IMG/VR virus record: IMGVR_UViG_3300022602_000115
Location: 1-56,938 of that record
Reading direction: 5' to 3' (one strand)
Source of the DNA: a virus
Taxonomy: Duplodnaviria; Caudoviricetes
Length of the DNA stretch: 56,938 nt
In this document: one piece after another, positions 1-9,030 of the stretch
Layout: every line of letters begins with the position of its first letter
Numbering within the stretch: position 1 is the first letter of the stretch
Position numbers and translations under genes: made by a program
Notes under the pieces: model-generated
What the model saw: the letters and a program-made list of their open reading frames with translations, nothing else
What the model was told of the DNA's origin: nothing
Databases searched by the model: none

Positions 1-126
1 GGCGAACTTTTCTTGAAAGTCATCTTCGAAAGTGTTTTCATAATCTTCGTCTCCGTCATGGTCGTTTGCCTTGTTCAAAGCATATTTTTCGGCTTCATAT
101 ACCAGGCTTTTAATTCGTTCGTTCAT
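1..126 (-). CDS. Small early protein, MNERI...EKFAE paralog family (runs off window start)
   Basis: Manual translation MNERIKSLVYEAEK...FQEKFA; same terminal motifs as 299..529, 723..917 and 1117..1329. Confidence 0.7.
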   Translation of the reverse strand, partial: MNERIKSLVYEAEKYALNKANDHDGDEDYENTFEDDFQEKFA

Positions 127-302
127 AATGTTAATCCGATCCATCTTTTAACCTTATACATAAATGAATTTTTCTTTCGTTCTAATTTCAAATTCTCTTG
201 GTAATTAATAACCTCTATTGCTTCTGAAAAATCAATTGGTTGCCCTTTGCGAACCATATCACTTAATGTTTCCAAACGATCATCTTTCATTTGTGTTTTC
301 AT
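123..302 (-). CDS. Hypothetical protein (59 aa)
   Basis: MKTQMKDDRLETLSDMVRKG...; ATGA overlaps with both neighbours. Confidence 0.6.
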   Translation of the reverse strand: MKTQMKDDRLETLSDMVRKGQPIDFSEAIEVINYQENLKLERKKNSFMYKVKRWIGLTL

Positions 303-529
303 TCTTCAACTCCAAAATGTTTCTTGATATGATAACTTGGCCATTCAACTTTCATAGTCACTTGTGCCATGCCTTCATCAGCAACCTTCATACATTCCCT
401 TACAAGCAACTCGGCGAACTTTTCTAAATCTGTTTCTTTACCATCCACAACAGGAACCATTGGATTGCTCATCAATTGAGTAAATCTCAAGCCAGCCTTT
501 TCAGCAATATCTTTAATTCGTTTGTTCAT
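299..529 (-). CDS. Small early protein, MNERI/EKFAEL/HFGVEE paralog family
   Basis: MNKRIKDIAEKAG...EKFAELLVREC...IKKHFGVEE. Confidence 0.8.
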   Translation of the reverse strand: MNKRIKDIAEKAGLRFTQLMSNPMVPVVDGKETDLEKFAELLVRECMKVADEGMAQVTMKVEWPSYHIKKHFGVEE

Positions 530-726
530 TGTACAAATCTAGGCATACGACCTTCGGTGCCATCGTATTGAAAGTTATCCAACATGGGCACAAGACTGGC
601 CATGTCACTGGCAGGATGGCGATAAACTTCTTTTAAGTCAGCACCATCAATCAACATAAAATACAACTTGGATGTACCTTCTTCAATCTGCGGCTTAAAA
701 ATATATTCCAAATCTTCTAATATCAT
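526..726 (-). CDS. Hypothetical protein
   Basis: ORF track; 4-nt overlaps with neighbours. Confidence 0.65.
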   Translation of the reverse strand: MILEDLEYIFKPQIEEGTSKLYFMLIDGADLKEVYRHPASDMASLVPMLDNFQYDGTEGRMPRFVQ

Positions 727-917
727 TCTTCAACTCCGAAATGTTGTAAGATATTTTTGTGGTCATTTGCTTCTAGACAAATCTCGGCACATTCCCGAAC
801 AATCAACTCGGCGAACTTTTTACGGAAAATAAATTCCCATTCATCTGGGTCAGTTGTTTGCCGACTGGCATACAGACTGGCTTGATCTTCGAGTATTTCA
901 ATTTGTTTGGTGTTCAT
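723..917 (-). CDS. Small early protein, HFGVEE paralog family
   Basis: KKFAELIVREC...ILQHFGVEE. Confidence 0.8.
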   Translation of the reverse strand: MNTKQIEILEDQASLYASRQTTDPDEWEFIFRKKFAELIVRECAEICLEANDHKNILQHFGVEE

Positions 918-1120
918 TTTACTTCTCCTTGTAGGGTTTCGTAATCTGCCACTCGTTGACGCATTTCAGCAATGGCTTGCTCTTGGCCAGCAGGATAACC
1001 TCCAGCAGGACGATTGCGATCAAGCCCACTGAGCACACTCTTGTCCAAGGCAATTGTTGCGTGGTTGTTGATATTGGGGTCAGTGCCACGACCAATAATT
1101 TTCAAATTAGGAAACATCAT
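914..1120 (-). CDS. Hypothetical protein
   Basis: ORF track; 4-nt overlaps with neighbours. Confidence 0.6.
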   Translation of the reverse strand: MMFPNLKIIGRGTDPNINNHATIALDKSVLSGLDRNRPAGGYPAGQEQAIAEMRQRVADYETLQGEVK

Positions 1121-1329
1121 TCAACTCCAAAATGTTTCTTAATCAAATCACAAACATGAAGATTGTTTCCGTTACTCATTAGGGCAACATGAGCACATTC
1201 TTTAATAAGCAACTCGGCGAAATCTTCCAGCGTAAATTCATCAACTTCATCCTCTAGTACACCTGAAAATTGAGCAGGTGTTAGATTTATTCCAGCCTTT
1301 TTGGCAAGTTCCCAAATTCGTTCGTTCAT
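1117..1329 (-). CDS. Small early protein, MNERI/HFGVE paralog family
   Basis: Start re-set to MNERIWELAKKAG; EDFAELLIKEC...IKKHFGVE. Confidence 0.8.
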   Translation of the reverse strand: MNERIWELAKKAGINLTPAQFSGVLEDEVDEFTLEDFAELLIKECAHVALMSNGNNLHVCDLIKKHFGVE

Positions 1330-1330
1330 T

Positions 1331-1429
1331 TTAATTCCTTGTCCTTTTCCAGATTCTAAACATATCCCAACATGCCAAGCCAATAGCGAACCATGCTATC
1401 AATACTAACATTGCGATAATAGTGTTCAT
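1331..1429 (-). CDS. Small membrane peptide (32 aa)
   Basis: MNTIIAMLVLIAWFAIGLACWDMFRIWKRTRN; hydrophobic helix then basic tail. Confidence 0.5.
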   Translation of the reverse strand: MNTIIAMLVLIAWFAIGLACWDMFRIWKRTRN

Positions 1430-1459
1430 TCTTCAACCATTTCTTGTTTCAATAGAGTA

Positions 1460-1488
1460 ATTATATCTGAATTCCGAATTAAAGTAAA
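1460..1488 (-). promoter_or_regulatory. Sigma70-type early promoter
   Basis: TTTACT-N17-TATAAT followed by TACTCTATTG, shared with promoters at 2270, 5711 and 6405. Confidence 0.7.
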
Positions 1489-2240
1489 TCCCCTACAGGT
1501 TGTAGGGTTATTACTGGAAACTTGACGAAACCACTGGTGTCCTTCTTTGCCTTGCCTTTGGCATACAAACCAACGACCACTCCCTTTGGGTCAAGAAAAC
1601 GCAGGTCAGACTCATCGCCATTGAACACAGTGCGACCAGCATAGGTTTCAGGCATGGGCTCAGTTTTCTTCAAGCCAAACACAGTTGCCACGTTGTAGCC
1701 TCGTGCGATTGCTTTGTAAACATCGGCATCGTTGCCATCAGCAGCAGAGAAAGTCAGGTGGTAGTTTGTGATGCCTGAAACCTTACGACCAAGGATCTTG
1801 GTGTAGTCATAGAACTGTACTTCAGGGAATGCTTCAAAGATATTGTTGTACTCAACACCATCACGTTTGACTGAATACTTTTCGAAGGCCAAGTCACTGG
1901 TGCCATTCAAGCGGAACACAGGCGTCAAACCCTTACGCTCGGATGTTTTGATTGCGTTCTTGATATCGCGAACCAACTCAAACATGAACACATCACGCTG
2001 TTCAAAAAACATCTTTGTCTTACGGATGCGTGCCTTCTGAATTGTGTTGGTTGTCTCACCACGTTTGAACATGCCACCTCGCCCAGCTGTGTTCAAGCAA
2101 GCAGCAGTGCAACCAGTAGTGCGTTTCGCACAGGTTTCATAGCCAGACAGATTCGCAGGGGCGAGGTGGAGGATGTAGGTATTAAAACCTTGGGACATAC
2201 CTTTGAGTACTTTTGGGTTACCAGTGCTGAGCAATTTCAT
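1479..2240 (-). CDS. Phage Gp88-like protein (Cys-rich, possibly Fe-S binding)
   Basis: CAKRTTGCTAAC, FRLNGTSD, QFYDYTK, YHLTFS and GDESDLRFLDP motifs of a widespread phage family. Confidence 0.65.
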   Translation of the reverse strand: MKLLSTGNPKVLKGMSQGFNTYILHLAPANLSGYETCAKRTTGCTAACLNTAGRGGMFKRGETTNTIQKARIRKTKMFFEQRDVFMFELVRDIKNAIKTSERKGLTPVFRLNGTSDLAFEKYSVKRDGVEYNNIFEAFPEVQFYDYTKILGRKVSGITNYHLTFSAADGNDADVYKAIARGYNVATVFGLKKTEPMPETYAGRTVFNGDESDLRFLDPKGVVVGLYAKGKAKKDTSGFVKFPVITLQPVGDLL

Positions 2241-2269
2241 AACTATCCTTTCACAATCACAATAGAGTA

Positions 2270-2326
2270 ATTATACCCTACTTTTGAATCAAAGTAAAGC
2301 GATAACCTTACCATCTGTAGGGTTAT
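2270..2326 (-). promoter_or_regulatory. Sigma70-type early promoter with upstream palindrome
   Basis: TTTACT-N17-TATAAT (2270..2298); ACCTTAC-N5-GTAGGGT palindrome within 2302..2326. Confidence 0.7.
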
Positions 2327-2448
2327 TTTAACTCCTGAATTTTGTCCCAAACCTCTGCTGCTGATCTAGCTGCTGCTGTCCCACTAAAATCTTCTCGGAA
2401 TGATGCACGTGCCAATACCCACTGAATCAGGAATTCCTCCTTGGTCAT
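2323..2448 (-). CDS. Hypothetical protein (41 aa)
   Basis: Manual translation MTKEEFLIQWVLARASFREDFSG...; not in the ORF track. Confidence 0.5.
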   Translation of the reverse strand: MTKEEFLIQWVLARASFREDFSGTAAARSAAEVWDKIQELK

Positions 2449-2482
2449 TCTTTGGTTTCTGATTGGTTTTGGAATAACTCTT

Positions 2483-2713
2483 TTATTCATACTCATCATC
2501 CTTCATTGATTCAAGCCAGTTTCTTACCTGCGCAATCGCTCCTTCCTCAGCAGTATCATAGACTCGTATATGTGCCGTTCCCTTGATCACCATTAAATCA
2601 TAGGGAATTGACCCATGCGGCATCCATCCTTTCGGAACTGGTACGTGCACTGTGAATTGTTGTAGGTTTTTGGCTCTCTCTATGATTGCATTGGCTATTT
2701 GTTCTGAGTTCAT
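2483..2713 (-). CDS. Hypothetical protein
   Basis: ORF track; GAGG Shine-Dalgarno. Confidence 0.7.
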   Translation of the reverse strand: MNSEQIANAIIERAKNLQQFTVHVPVPKGWMPHGSIPYDLMVIKGTAHIRVYDTAEEGAIAQVRNWLESMKDDEYE

Positions 2714-2821
2714 TTTATCCTCGTATGAAGCAATAAAGAATAATGAGAATGATCATAATAATTGGAACCCAGTCTTTTAGAGTGAGTTTCTCTCTACTTG
2801 GCACTCTCGGTGGCGTTGGTC

Positions 2822-3091
2822 TTAGCATTCTATCTTTTCCAATGCTTTAATAAGATCAGGAATTGCTCGTCTATCAACGGTAAAGTAGATGCCACGATCG
2901 AATAGATCATCGTAGTTATGCATTCTCATCTTGATCAGATTATCATCCTCTATGATGGAAAGATAGGGTTTCCCATCGGTTGAGTAGATCGTATGGCAGG
3001 GCAGTTCTCGATAGTTCTTATCATCATCTCCCTGCTGTTCTGCTCCTGCTTTAATTGCGTTGAGGCGATCTTCGGTTGTAAATGTTGTCAT
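2822..3091 (-). CDS. Hypothetical protein
   Basis: ORF track; MTTFTTEDR N-terminus seen in T4-like phage proteins. Confidence 0.7.
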   Translation of the reverse strand: MTTFTTEDRLNAIKAGAEQQGDDDKNYRELPCHTIYSTDGKPYLSIIEDDNLIKMRMHNYDDLFDRGIYFTVDRRAIPDLIKALEKIEC

Positions 3092-3215
3092 TTGATTGGA
3101 AAGGTATTTTTACCCTGCAAGGATTTCTTGAGTAGTTTTTTATAGATCTTGGCTTCCTTCTGTACCTGATGCTTCAGAATCGCCTTGTATAGTTTCTTGA
3201 TTAGTTTTCTTACTT

Positions 3216-3716
3216 TCATTCGTTATTTCCTGGTACGTAGACTGGATCCAGTGGTGCCACCTTCACTGGTCCAAAGGTTATTGGGAATTGCGGTAATGGT
3301 AGCGTACTTACATCAATCTCTTGCTCAGTGTCATATGCAAGGGTAATGTGTGGTTTGTATGTATCATAATCACTGGTTGCTCCCTCGGCTGTCAACTTAC
3401 CATTTAGATAATGAGCAAAGGGTAGATCAACTTTTGCAACTAGACACTTGCCCTGATTCTTGGTCGGAAAGATCTCATAGCCAGTAATCCATCCATCAGT
3501 TCTAGATGTTAGACCAGCACTATTTTCTGCAGTAGGAACAGGTGTCCGTGAGTAGATAATCGTAATGTGATATGTGGCTGGATTCACTCGCTCGGTAAGA
3601 CCAAGATTCATCTGTACGAAGTGATCCAGTAATTCCATTGACTCATGGGATAGATCCATTGACACATACGTACCATCTTTATGTGCAGCAAATTCTCGTA
3701 GTGTCATTAAATTCAT
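3216..3716 (-). CDS. acb1: 2H phosphoesterase, T4 gp57B/Acb1-like (candidate anti-CBASS nuclease)
   Basis: Two HxT motifs, YHITIIYSR and YKPHITLAY, with size and spacing like gp57B/Acb1. Confidence 0.75.
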   Translation of the reverse strand: MNLMTLREFAAHKDGTYVSMDLSHESMELLDHFVQMNLGLTERVNPATYHITIIYSRTPVPTAENSAGLTSRTDGWITGYEIFPTKNQGKCLVAKVDLPFAHYLNGKLTAEGATSDYDTYKPHITLAYDTEQEIDVSTLPLPQFPITFGPVKVAPLDPVYVPGNNE

Positions 3717-3895
3717 ATTTCGTCCTCGTCGTAAGGTACAGTATCATAGTCAGACTCATCTATTGTGTCTTCCAATACTTCATATACCATTGTTAGTGGT
3801 ATATTTAGAATCGCTGAAATTGACGTTGGTTTTAAACCTTCGTCAATCATTTGCAAAATTCTACCTGTCACATCAAAATCTTCAACTGATTTCAT
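3713..3895 (-). CDS. Small acidic protein, possible HTH
   Basis: GLKPTSISAILNIPLTMVYEVL resembles a helix-turn-helix. Confidence 0.6.
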   Translation of the reverse strand: MKSVEDFDVTGRILQMIDEGLKPTSISAILNIPLTMVYEVLEDTIDESDYDTVPYDEDEI

Positions 3896-4254
3896 TACTT
3901 CTCCAATGCTTCAAATAACATTTTCCACTTTTCTGCAGGTGTAACTGTGCCAACTGCCATCTCCTTCAGCAATTCACTGTACTCAGCTGGGTGCTTGAAG
4001 TAGAATTCTGCGTATGTGCAGTCAAAGTCATCGTCCTCATCGTAGTCAAACAACGGATGCGTTGCCATTTCATCAAACACATCTTCGTAGTCCTCACGAT
4101 TACCACCACCACAGCGTGTATGAACAACGATGTGAGTATCTGTCACGTAGATAGAACGGTAACGACCAAAGTCCGCAGGTGTTTTACCAAGCAAACCAAA
4201 CAAAAATGGAACTTCTGAACCACCTTCACCAAACAACATGTTATATAAACTCAT
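3895..4254 (-). CDS. Conserved phage hypothetical protein
   Basis: MSLYNMLFG, GRYR, HTRCGGGNR and DDDFDCTYA motifs. Confidence 0.75.
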   Translation of the reverse strand: MSLYNMLFGEGGSEVPFLFGLLGKTPADFGRYRSIYVTDTHIVVHTRCGGGNREDYEDVFDEMATHPLFDYDEDDDFDCTYAEFYFKHPAEYSELLKEMAVGTVTPAEKWKMLFEALEK

Positions 4255-4263
4255 AATAATCTC

Positions 4264-4776
4264 CTAGTGTGCCACATTGGCTAAAAATACATGTGGACCT
4301 GCCATTGCAACGACCACACCTGAATTTCTCCACTTTGGTTTTACATAATTTGCATAGTAATGTAAAACCTTCTTTGTCTTTGTTGATTCAATCTTCTTCA
4401 CTGCGATCTCACCATCAACAAAATTCTGAGCCAGCGTCATGTACCAAAACTGTTCTCTCTCAGTCCAACGAACAACCTTCTCATCGGTCCAGGAAAACTG
4501 CTTCTTGGCAAATACAACCTGACATAGATGCTTGCCCCATGAACCTTCTCTTACTCTGTTGATATGAACCTGAGCCACTGCGAACTGTTGCGTTGCACTC
4601 AATACACCTGCCTCACGGAAAACTGAATACGCAAGGCATGCTACGTCATCTTTATTTTGACCAGCCAATTTCTTTGGGTGCCTTGGCTCAACCACATCCT
4701 TGTTGGTGATCTGTTTGGCTGGCATTGCAATTGCAATATTCGTAAGAAGAGTACCGATCAATAATAAAGATTTCAT
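4264..4776 (-). CDS. Cell wall hydrolase, SleB/Hydrolase_2 family
   Basis: Signal-like N-terminus; CLAYSVFREA, VHINRV, QFSW, HYYANYVKPKW and GPHVF motifs. Confidence 0.85.
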   Translation of the reverse strand: MKSLLLIGTLLTNIAIAMPAKQITNKDVVEPRHPKKLAGQNKDDVACLAYSVFREAGVLSATQQFAVAQVHINRVREGSWGKHLCQVVFAKKQFSWTDEKVVRWTEREQFWYMTLAQNFVDGEIAVKKIESTKTKKVLHYYANYVKPKWRNSGVVVAMAGPHVFLANVAH

Positions 4777-4787
4777 AAAAACTCCAA

Positions 4788-5678
4788 TTAAGCAGTTAAC
4801 ATGTATGTTGCAAGATCTTTCCAATCTTTATTGGAAGCACGAACCTTACTAACAGCGATCAAAGTGCGGAGAGAAATTTCTTTCACATCATCTTTGATAG
4901 CACGGATCAAAGCAAGAGCATCGGACTTAACCTTAGCATCGTACTCAGGCAGAAACTGAGGGATCTTGGAAATATATTCCATACGATCAATCTTTTGATC
5001 AGTGGTCATAGACAGGTCAATCATCATTGAACGACTACGAATCGCTTGATCAATAGATTCTTGATTCAGGTTAGAGATGAAAATCACACGACCTTCAAAG
5101 TTGAAAGATTTAGGAAGATCCTCATCTTTCATGTCAGCATTCCAAGAGATAATACGCTTACCGTAGGAATCCAAAGCACCTTTGAGTAAGTTCAAAGCAA
5201 CTGGGTCTTTCAACACAGCATCACAGTCATCAAAAACGATAATAGACTTATTGTTTTCAAACAATGTACGATACAAACCTTTCGCAGTGGAGTAACCCTT
5301 AACGAAGGTAAAGCACTTGCGAGTGTTAATCACAGAACCAACTTCAAACTCAGCTAGATCAGAAATATCTTTGTAACCATGAGACTCGAGAGTCTTAGTA
5401 ACAGTATAAGTTTTACCTAGACCACCTTCACCAGTGATAACAGCGGATGGCTGAACACCATTAGCAACCATGGTAACAAGTTTCTCAACGAAACCGAAGC
5501 GAGTGTTAATGTCAAACTGATTGTTTTTAACAGATGACGTAGCTACCTGAGCATCTTTCTCAAGGTTAGCCAGCATTTTCTCTAGGAATTTCTTATCCTG
5601 AGTACGCTTCACGAGAGAACCATTAAAGAAACCTTCGTATTTACCAGTAGAAGGGTTAAAGCGGATTTCTGTTTTCAT
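4788..5678 (-). CDS. P-loop AAA-type ATPase
   Basis: Walker A GEGGLGKT, Walker B IIVFDDCD, VIFISN, AIRSR. Confidence 0.85.
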   Translation of the reverse strand: MKTEIRFNPSTGKYEGFFNGSLVKRTQDKKFLEKMLANLEKDAQVATSSVKNNQFDINTRFGFVEKLVTMVANGVQPSAVITGEGGLGKTYTVTKTLESHGYKDISDLAEFEVGSVINTRKCFTFVKGYSTAKGLYRTLFENNKSIIVFDDCDAVLKDPVALNLLKGALDSYGKRIISWNADMKDEDLPKSFNFEGRVIFISNLNQESIDQAIRSRSMMIDLSMTTDQKIDRMEYISKIPQFLPEYDAKVKSDALALIRAIKDDVKEISLRTLIAVSKVRASNKDWKDLATYMLTA

Positions 5679-5710
5679 TTAAAATTTCCTTTTATCAAAT
5701 CAATAGAGTA

Positions 5711-5816
5711 ATTATACGCTTATTGTCATTAATGTAAAGCACTATTTTCACTCTAAAAAACCCTTTAAAATCAACGACTTACAACCCCAAATAACCCTAC
5801 ATTTAGTAGGGTTATT
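5711..5816 (-). promoter_or_regulatory. Early promoter with IHF-like site and palindrome
   Basis: TTTACA-N16-TATAAT; AATCAACGACTTA matches IHF consensus WATCAANNNNTTR; AATAACCCTAC-N5-GTAGGGTTATT. Confidence 0.65.
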
Positions 5817-5817
5817 C

Positions 5818-5991
5818 CTATGAACAACACATATCATCTATGAACAAGATTGGTCCTTCGCCACGTCCATAGTCTCGCACATATACCATTTCTGGCTCAA
5901 CTACGCATCCGTACTCCATGTTCATGGTCATTTCTACGGGCAAATCTGGATCCACTCGGGACAATATCTCTATCAATTCACGTACTAACAT
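5818..5991 (-). CDS. Hypothetical protein
   Basis: Start re-set to MLVRELIEILSRVDPDLPV, a common phage small-protein motif. Confidence 0.65.
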   Translation of the reverse strand: MLVRELIEILSRVDPDLPVEMTMNMEYGCVVEPEMVYVRDYGRGEGPILFIDDMCCS

Positions 5992-5995
5992 AATC

Positions 5996-6220
5996 TCATC
6001 CTGCCTTTCTTGTTTTAAACATTTCCAATATATCACCAGATGGCTCTTTTCTCTGAGGTACTGGAACTTCAACTCTTTCTACTCTGACCTTCGCTGTCTG
6101 AAAGAAACGACCGATCGGACCAAACACAGCATTCAGTATTGAGTGGAAAATCCAACCCCAACCGAAACCACCCAGCAAACAAATCAACTCAACATAGTGT
6201 AGCTTTGCAAAGTGTAACAT
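5996..6220 (-). CDS. Small membrane protein
   Basis: N-terminal hydrophobic helix; AGGAGA Shine-Dalgarno. Confidence 0.6.
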   Translation of the reverse strand: MLHFAKLHYVELICLLGGFGWGWIFHSILNAVFGPIGRFFQTAKVRVERVEVPVPQRKEPSGDILEMFKTRKAG

Positions 6221-6404
6221 TCTATTCTCCTACTATAAACGAAACACACAAGACCAGTGTACCAGTGGTAACTAAAGCAACGAAAATTAAAGCAATCAGA
6301 TCCATGATAATTCCTTACGCAAAAATAAAATAAGAAGCAACCAAACCTAAAATAAAAAATTCGTTTAAACTCATAATAATTACCTTTATCAAATCAATAG
6401 AGTA

Positions 6405-6470
6405 ATTATACTAGAAGTTGCATTAATGTCAACCAAAATGACAAAAACCCTACACTTGGTAGGGTTATTT
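6405..6470 (-). promoter_or_regulatory. Early promoter with upstream palindrome
   Basis: TTGACA-N16-TATAAT; ACCCTAC-N5-GTAGGGT within 6443..6470. Confidence 0.7.
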
Positions 6471-6491
6471 TGGAAATGTAAAACTTTTGGT

Positions 6492-6689
6492 TTAGTTTTT
6501 ATCGCCCAGAGATTCTCCTTGCTGGGTGGTCATTCCTGAGTTTGGTGGTGGTCCAAAGGGATCGTTTGCCCAGTTCATGGCATCCTTTTCTGAAACGAAC
6601 AGAGGACTGACTATGTTATTGTTTGCATTCTTCCAAAAATACGTATACGTATTCATTCCTGCATCGCGATATTTGATTAGTTCCATCAT
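6492..6689 (-). CDS. Hypothetical protein
   Basis: ORF track; operon overlap. Confidence 0.65.
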   Translation of the reverse strand: MMELIKYRDAGMNTYTYFWKNANNNIVSPLFVSEKDAMNWANDPFGPPPNSGMTTQQGESLGDKN

Positions 6690-6973
6690 GCCAGTGTTCT
6701 AATAAGTTTTACCTGTTCGTTTGGTGCAATGTATGCATGTGCTCTTAAAATAATTTCTTGATTCGCGTAATCTTCTTGTTGAGTAATCTCCACTAATCCA
6801 TCCTCGAGTAGTTTATCAACAATTTGATTCACCATTTTCGTTTTAATAAGTTTCTTGAAAAATTCATCACTTTTAGAAATTTCTACATGATCATAAGGAA
6901 CACGCATGAATGCTGTCACAAGTTTACCACCAATGGCATACTCTTTTATTTGTACATAATCATTTGGATTCAT
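6686..6973 (-). CDS. Hypothetical protein
   Basis: ORF track; operon overlap. Confidence 0.7.
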   Translation of the reverse strand: MNPNDYVQIKEYAIGGKLVTAFMRVPYDHVEISKSDEFFKKLIKTKMVNQIVDKLLEDGLVEITQQEDYANQEIILRAHAYIAPNEQVKLIRTLA

Positions 6974-7752
6974 TTTCTAAGAGCCTTATTAGTTTGTCTT
7001 GCTGTCTCGAGCATTACCATTTTAACATTCTTACGCTTCGCTTCACATAACAACGCATCAACATCCTTAGGAAAACATGCACCGCCATAACCACCGAGAC
7101 CATCTGGACCAGGAACCTTCCAATGCGTTGCTCCTAATCTATAATCTCCTGATGCCAAAGTTGCTATCTGTTCCCAGTCAATATTCATTGAATCAGCAAG
7201 TGCTTTAAATTCGTTATTGATAATAACCTTCATTGCCAACTGTGTATTACAAAGATACTTAATGAATGATGCTTCTTCCATTGTACAGAACTCATAGTTA
7301 CCATCGAAGTTGATTCGAGATTTCTTTAAGATATCGTACACTTGCTCGTCGAAGTTAGATTCACAACCAACTAAAATTCTATGTGGATTAAGATAATCGT
7401 TGTTTGAATTTGCCTGTGTCAGAAACTCAGGAACATATGCCATCTTCAAATTAAACAGATGTTTTGCGACGTTAAAAAATGGTGGTGGCGCAGTGCTCTT
7501 GATAATCACCATTCCTCTGTATTGTAGGTCATTTAATGAGTATAATACTTCATGAAGAATAGTAGTGTCGCATCCACCAGTAATGCTAATTGGTGGTGTT
7601 GGTACGCAAACGTATATCGCTTCACAGTCAATTAAATCAGAAACAGATACACTCAAATTCGGATGAGCAGGATCATTAATCCTTACATCTGACATATCAT
7701 AACTGTTGGCCACTGCTTTACCAACAAACCCATAACCTATAATACCAATCAT
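6970..7752 (-). CDS. UDP-glucose/GDP-mannose dehydrogenase family protein (short form)
   Basis: GIIGYGFVG Rossmann motif, VCVPTP, IIKST, PEFL, catalytic GYGGACFPKD. Confidence 0.9.
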   Translation of the reverse strand: MIGIIGYGFVGKAVANSYDMSDVRINDPAHPNLSVSVSDLIDCEAIYVCVPTPPISITGGCDTTILHEVLYSLNDLQYRGMVIIKSTAPPPFFNVAKHLFNLKMAYVPEFLTQANSNNDYLNPHRILVGCESNFDEQVYDILKKSRINFDGNYEFCTMEEASFIKYLCNTQLAMKVIINNEFKALADSMNIDWEQIATLASGDYRLGATHWKVPGPDGLGGYGGACFPKDVDALLCEAKRKNVKMVMLETARQTNKALRK

Positions 7753-8150
7753 TCAGATGCCTTTGCAATCTCTTTGTAACCAGCCCAAGAAGGATGAACA
7801 TTATCTGGTTGCATACGTTCAGTCTTCAACACAGTGTCATGATTCTCATTTGCAAGTTTCCAAACTGCTGCTTGTGCATCTGGAAATTTGTTGCTTGGTA
7901 GAACCCAGTAAACACGATCAGCTTTTGTTAACTGACGAATGGTGCGCAGTTCTTGTTCTGTCTTGATGTATTTGTGATCATTGGAGCCAAGAGAAATAAT
8001 AACATGCTTGGCTTGTAGTGGTGTATTCTGGATATTTTTATCCAACCACTGTTTTGAATTAATACCACCTTTGGAATATGAAACGCATTCTTGTCTTACG
8101 TTTGCAACACCAACTGCAATTGAATCACCTACGATTAAACATTCTAGCAT
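7749..8150 (-). CDS. SGNH/GDSL hydrolase
   Basis: Blocks GDS, G, SLGSND, DNVHP. Confidence 0.85.
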   Translation of the reverse strand: MLECLIVGDSIAVGVANVRQECVSYSKGGINSKQWLDKNIQNTPLQAKHVIISLGSNDHKYIKTEQELRTIRQLTKADRVYWVLPSNKFPDAQAAVWKLANENHDTVLKTERMQPDNVHPSWAGYKEIAKASE

Positions 8151-8211
8151 ATATTCTCCATTATCAAATTGAATATAATAATTATATTCTAAAACTTATT
8201 GTATGTCAAGT

Positions 8212-8412
8212 TTATCCACCACGTCCTTGATGTCTCTGGATTACAGTTTTAGTTGCTCGATTAACAATTCCCTTAACAACTTTGTTCGCTTCGCTCTTAT
8301 CGAAACCTTTCTTTTGCAAATCTTTCTTTACCTTTTTCTTGGTACGTTTCAATGCTTTCTCGGCATGATATCTTTTTGCAAATTCTGATTCTTCTTTAAT
8401 TACGTCATTCAT
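8212..8412 (-). CDS. Small basic hypothetical protein
   Basis: Lys/Arg-rich ORF ending RHQGRGG. Confidence 0.65.
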   Translation of the reverse strand: MNDVIKEESEFAKRYHAEKALKRTKKKVKKDLQKKGFDKSEANKVVKGIVNRATKTVIQRHQGRGG

Positions 8413-9029
8413 TGGTTTTCTCCTCCCATTGTTCCCATTATGTTAAATGTTAACACATATCTGGCATCTGTACCAGTATTCTCTTCAGACCCATGTGTTA
8501 AAAAGTTTGGCATAACAACCATATCTCCAGTTTGTACTGGAACAACCCAACCTTCTTGATTGTTAAGATCGCTCTTATTGCTGTTATAACCAGCCCAGTG
8601 ATATTCCATTGGATCTTTAATCAAAAGATTCCCACCATTCTCTGGAACATTCAAATAATATGCAATTACCATTTGAGTTGTAGCGCCATGTTTATGGAAT
8701 TTTGTTTTTCCACCAGGATAATGTCTATTCGTCCAACACTGAGTGATGTGATATGCGTTATACTCTAACATCCACTCTTTAGAAACATATGATATTGCTT
8801 CCCAAACTTTCGGCATCAGATACGTAAATAAATCAGTATTCAGTATTTTTAAATTATCACCAACTCTATTATTTTGTTCGTATGAAGACTTAGCAGGTCC
8901 AATCTCTAACCCATGTTGATCCTTGATAGTAGCAAGAATATCATCGCAGTGTTTTAGAATCGCATCTTGATTCTCGACAGGAACATGTTCTTTAAAGTAT
9001 AACGGTAGTGGGGTATAATAATTTTGCAT
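8409..9029 (-). CDS. Putative 2OG-Fe(II) oxygenase (TIGR02466-like)
   Basis: CWTN, HKH, YYLNVPENGGNL, LTHGS, RYVLTFN. Confidence 0.8.
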   Translation of the reverse strand: MQNYYTPLPLYFKEHVPVENQDAILKHCDDILATIKDQHGLEIGPAKSSYEQNNRVGDNLKILNTDLFTYLMPKVWEAISYVSKEWMLEYNAYHITQCWTNRHYPGGKTKFHKHGATTQMVIAYYLNVPENGGNLLIKDPMEYHWAGYNSNKSDLNNQEGWVVPVQTGDMVVMPNFLTHGSEENTGTDARYVLTFNIMGTMGGENQ

Positions 9030-9030
9030 T

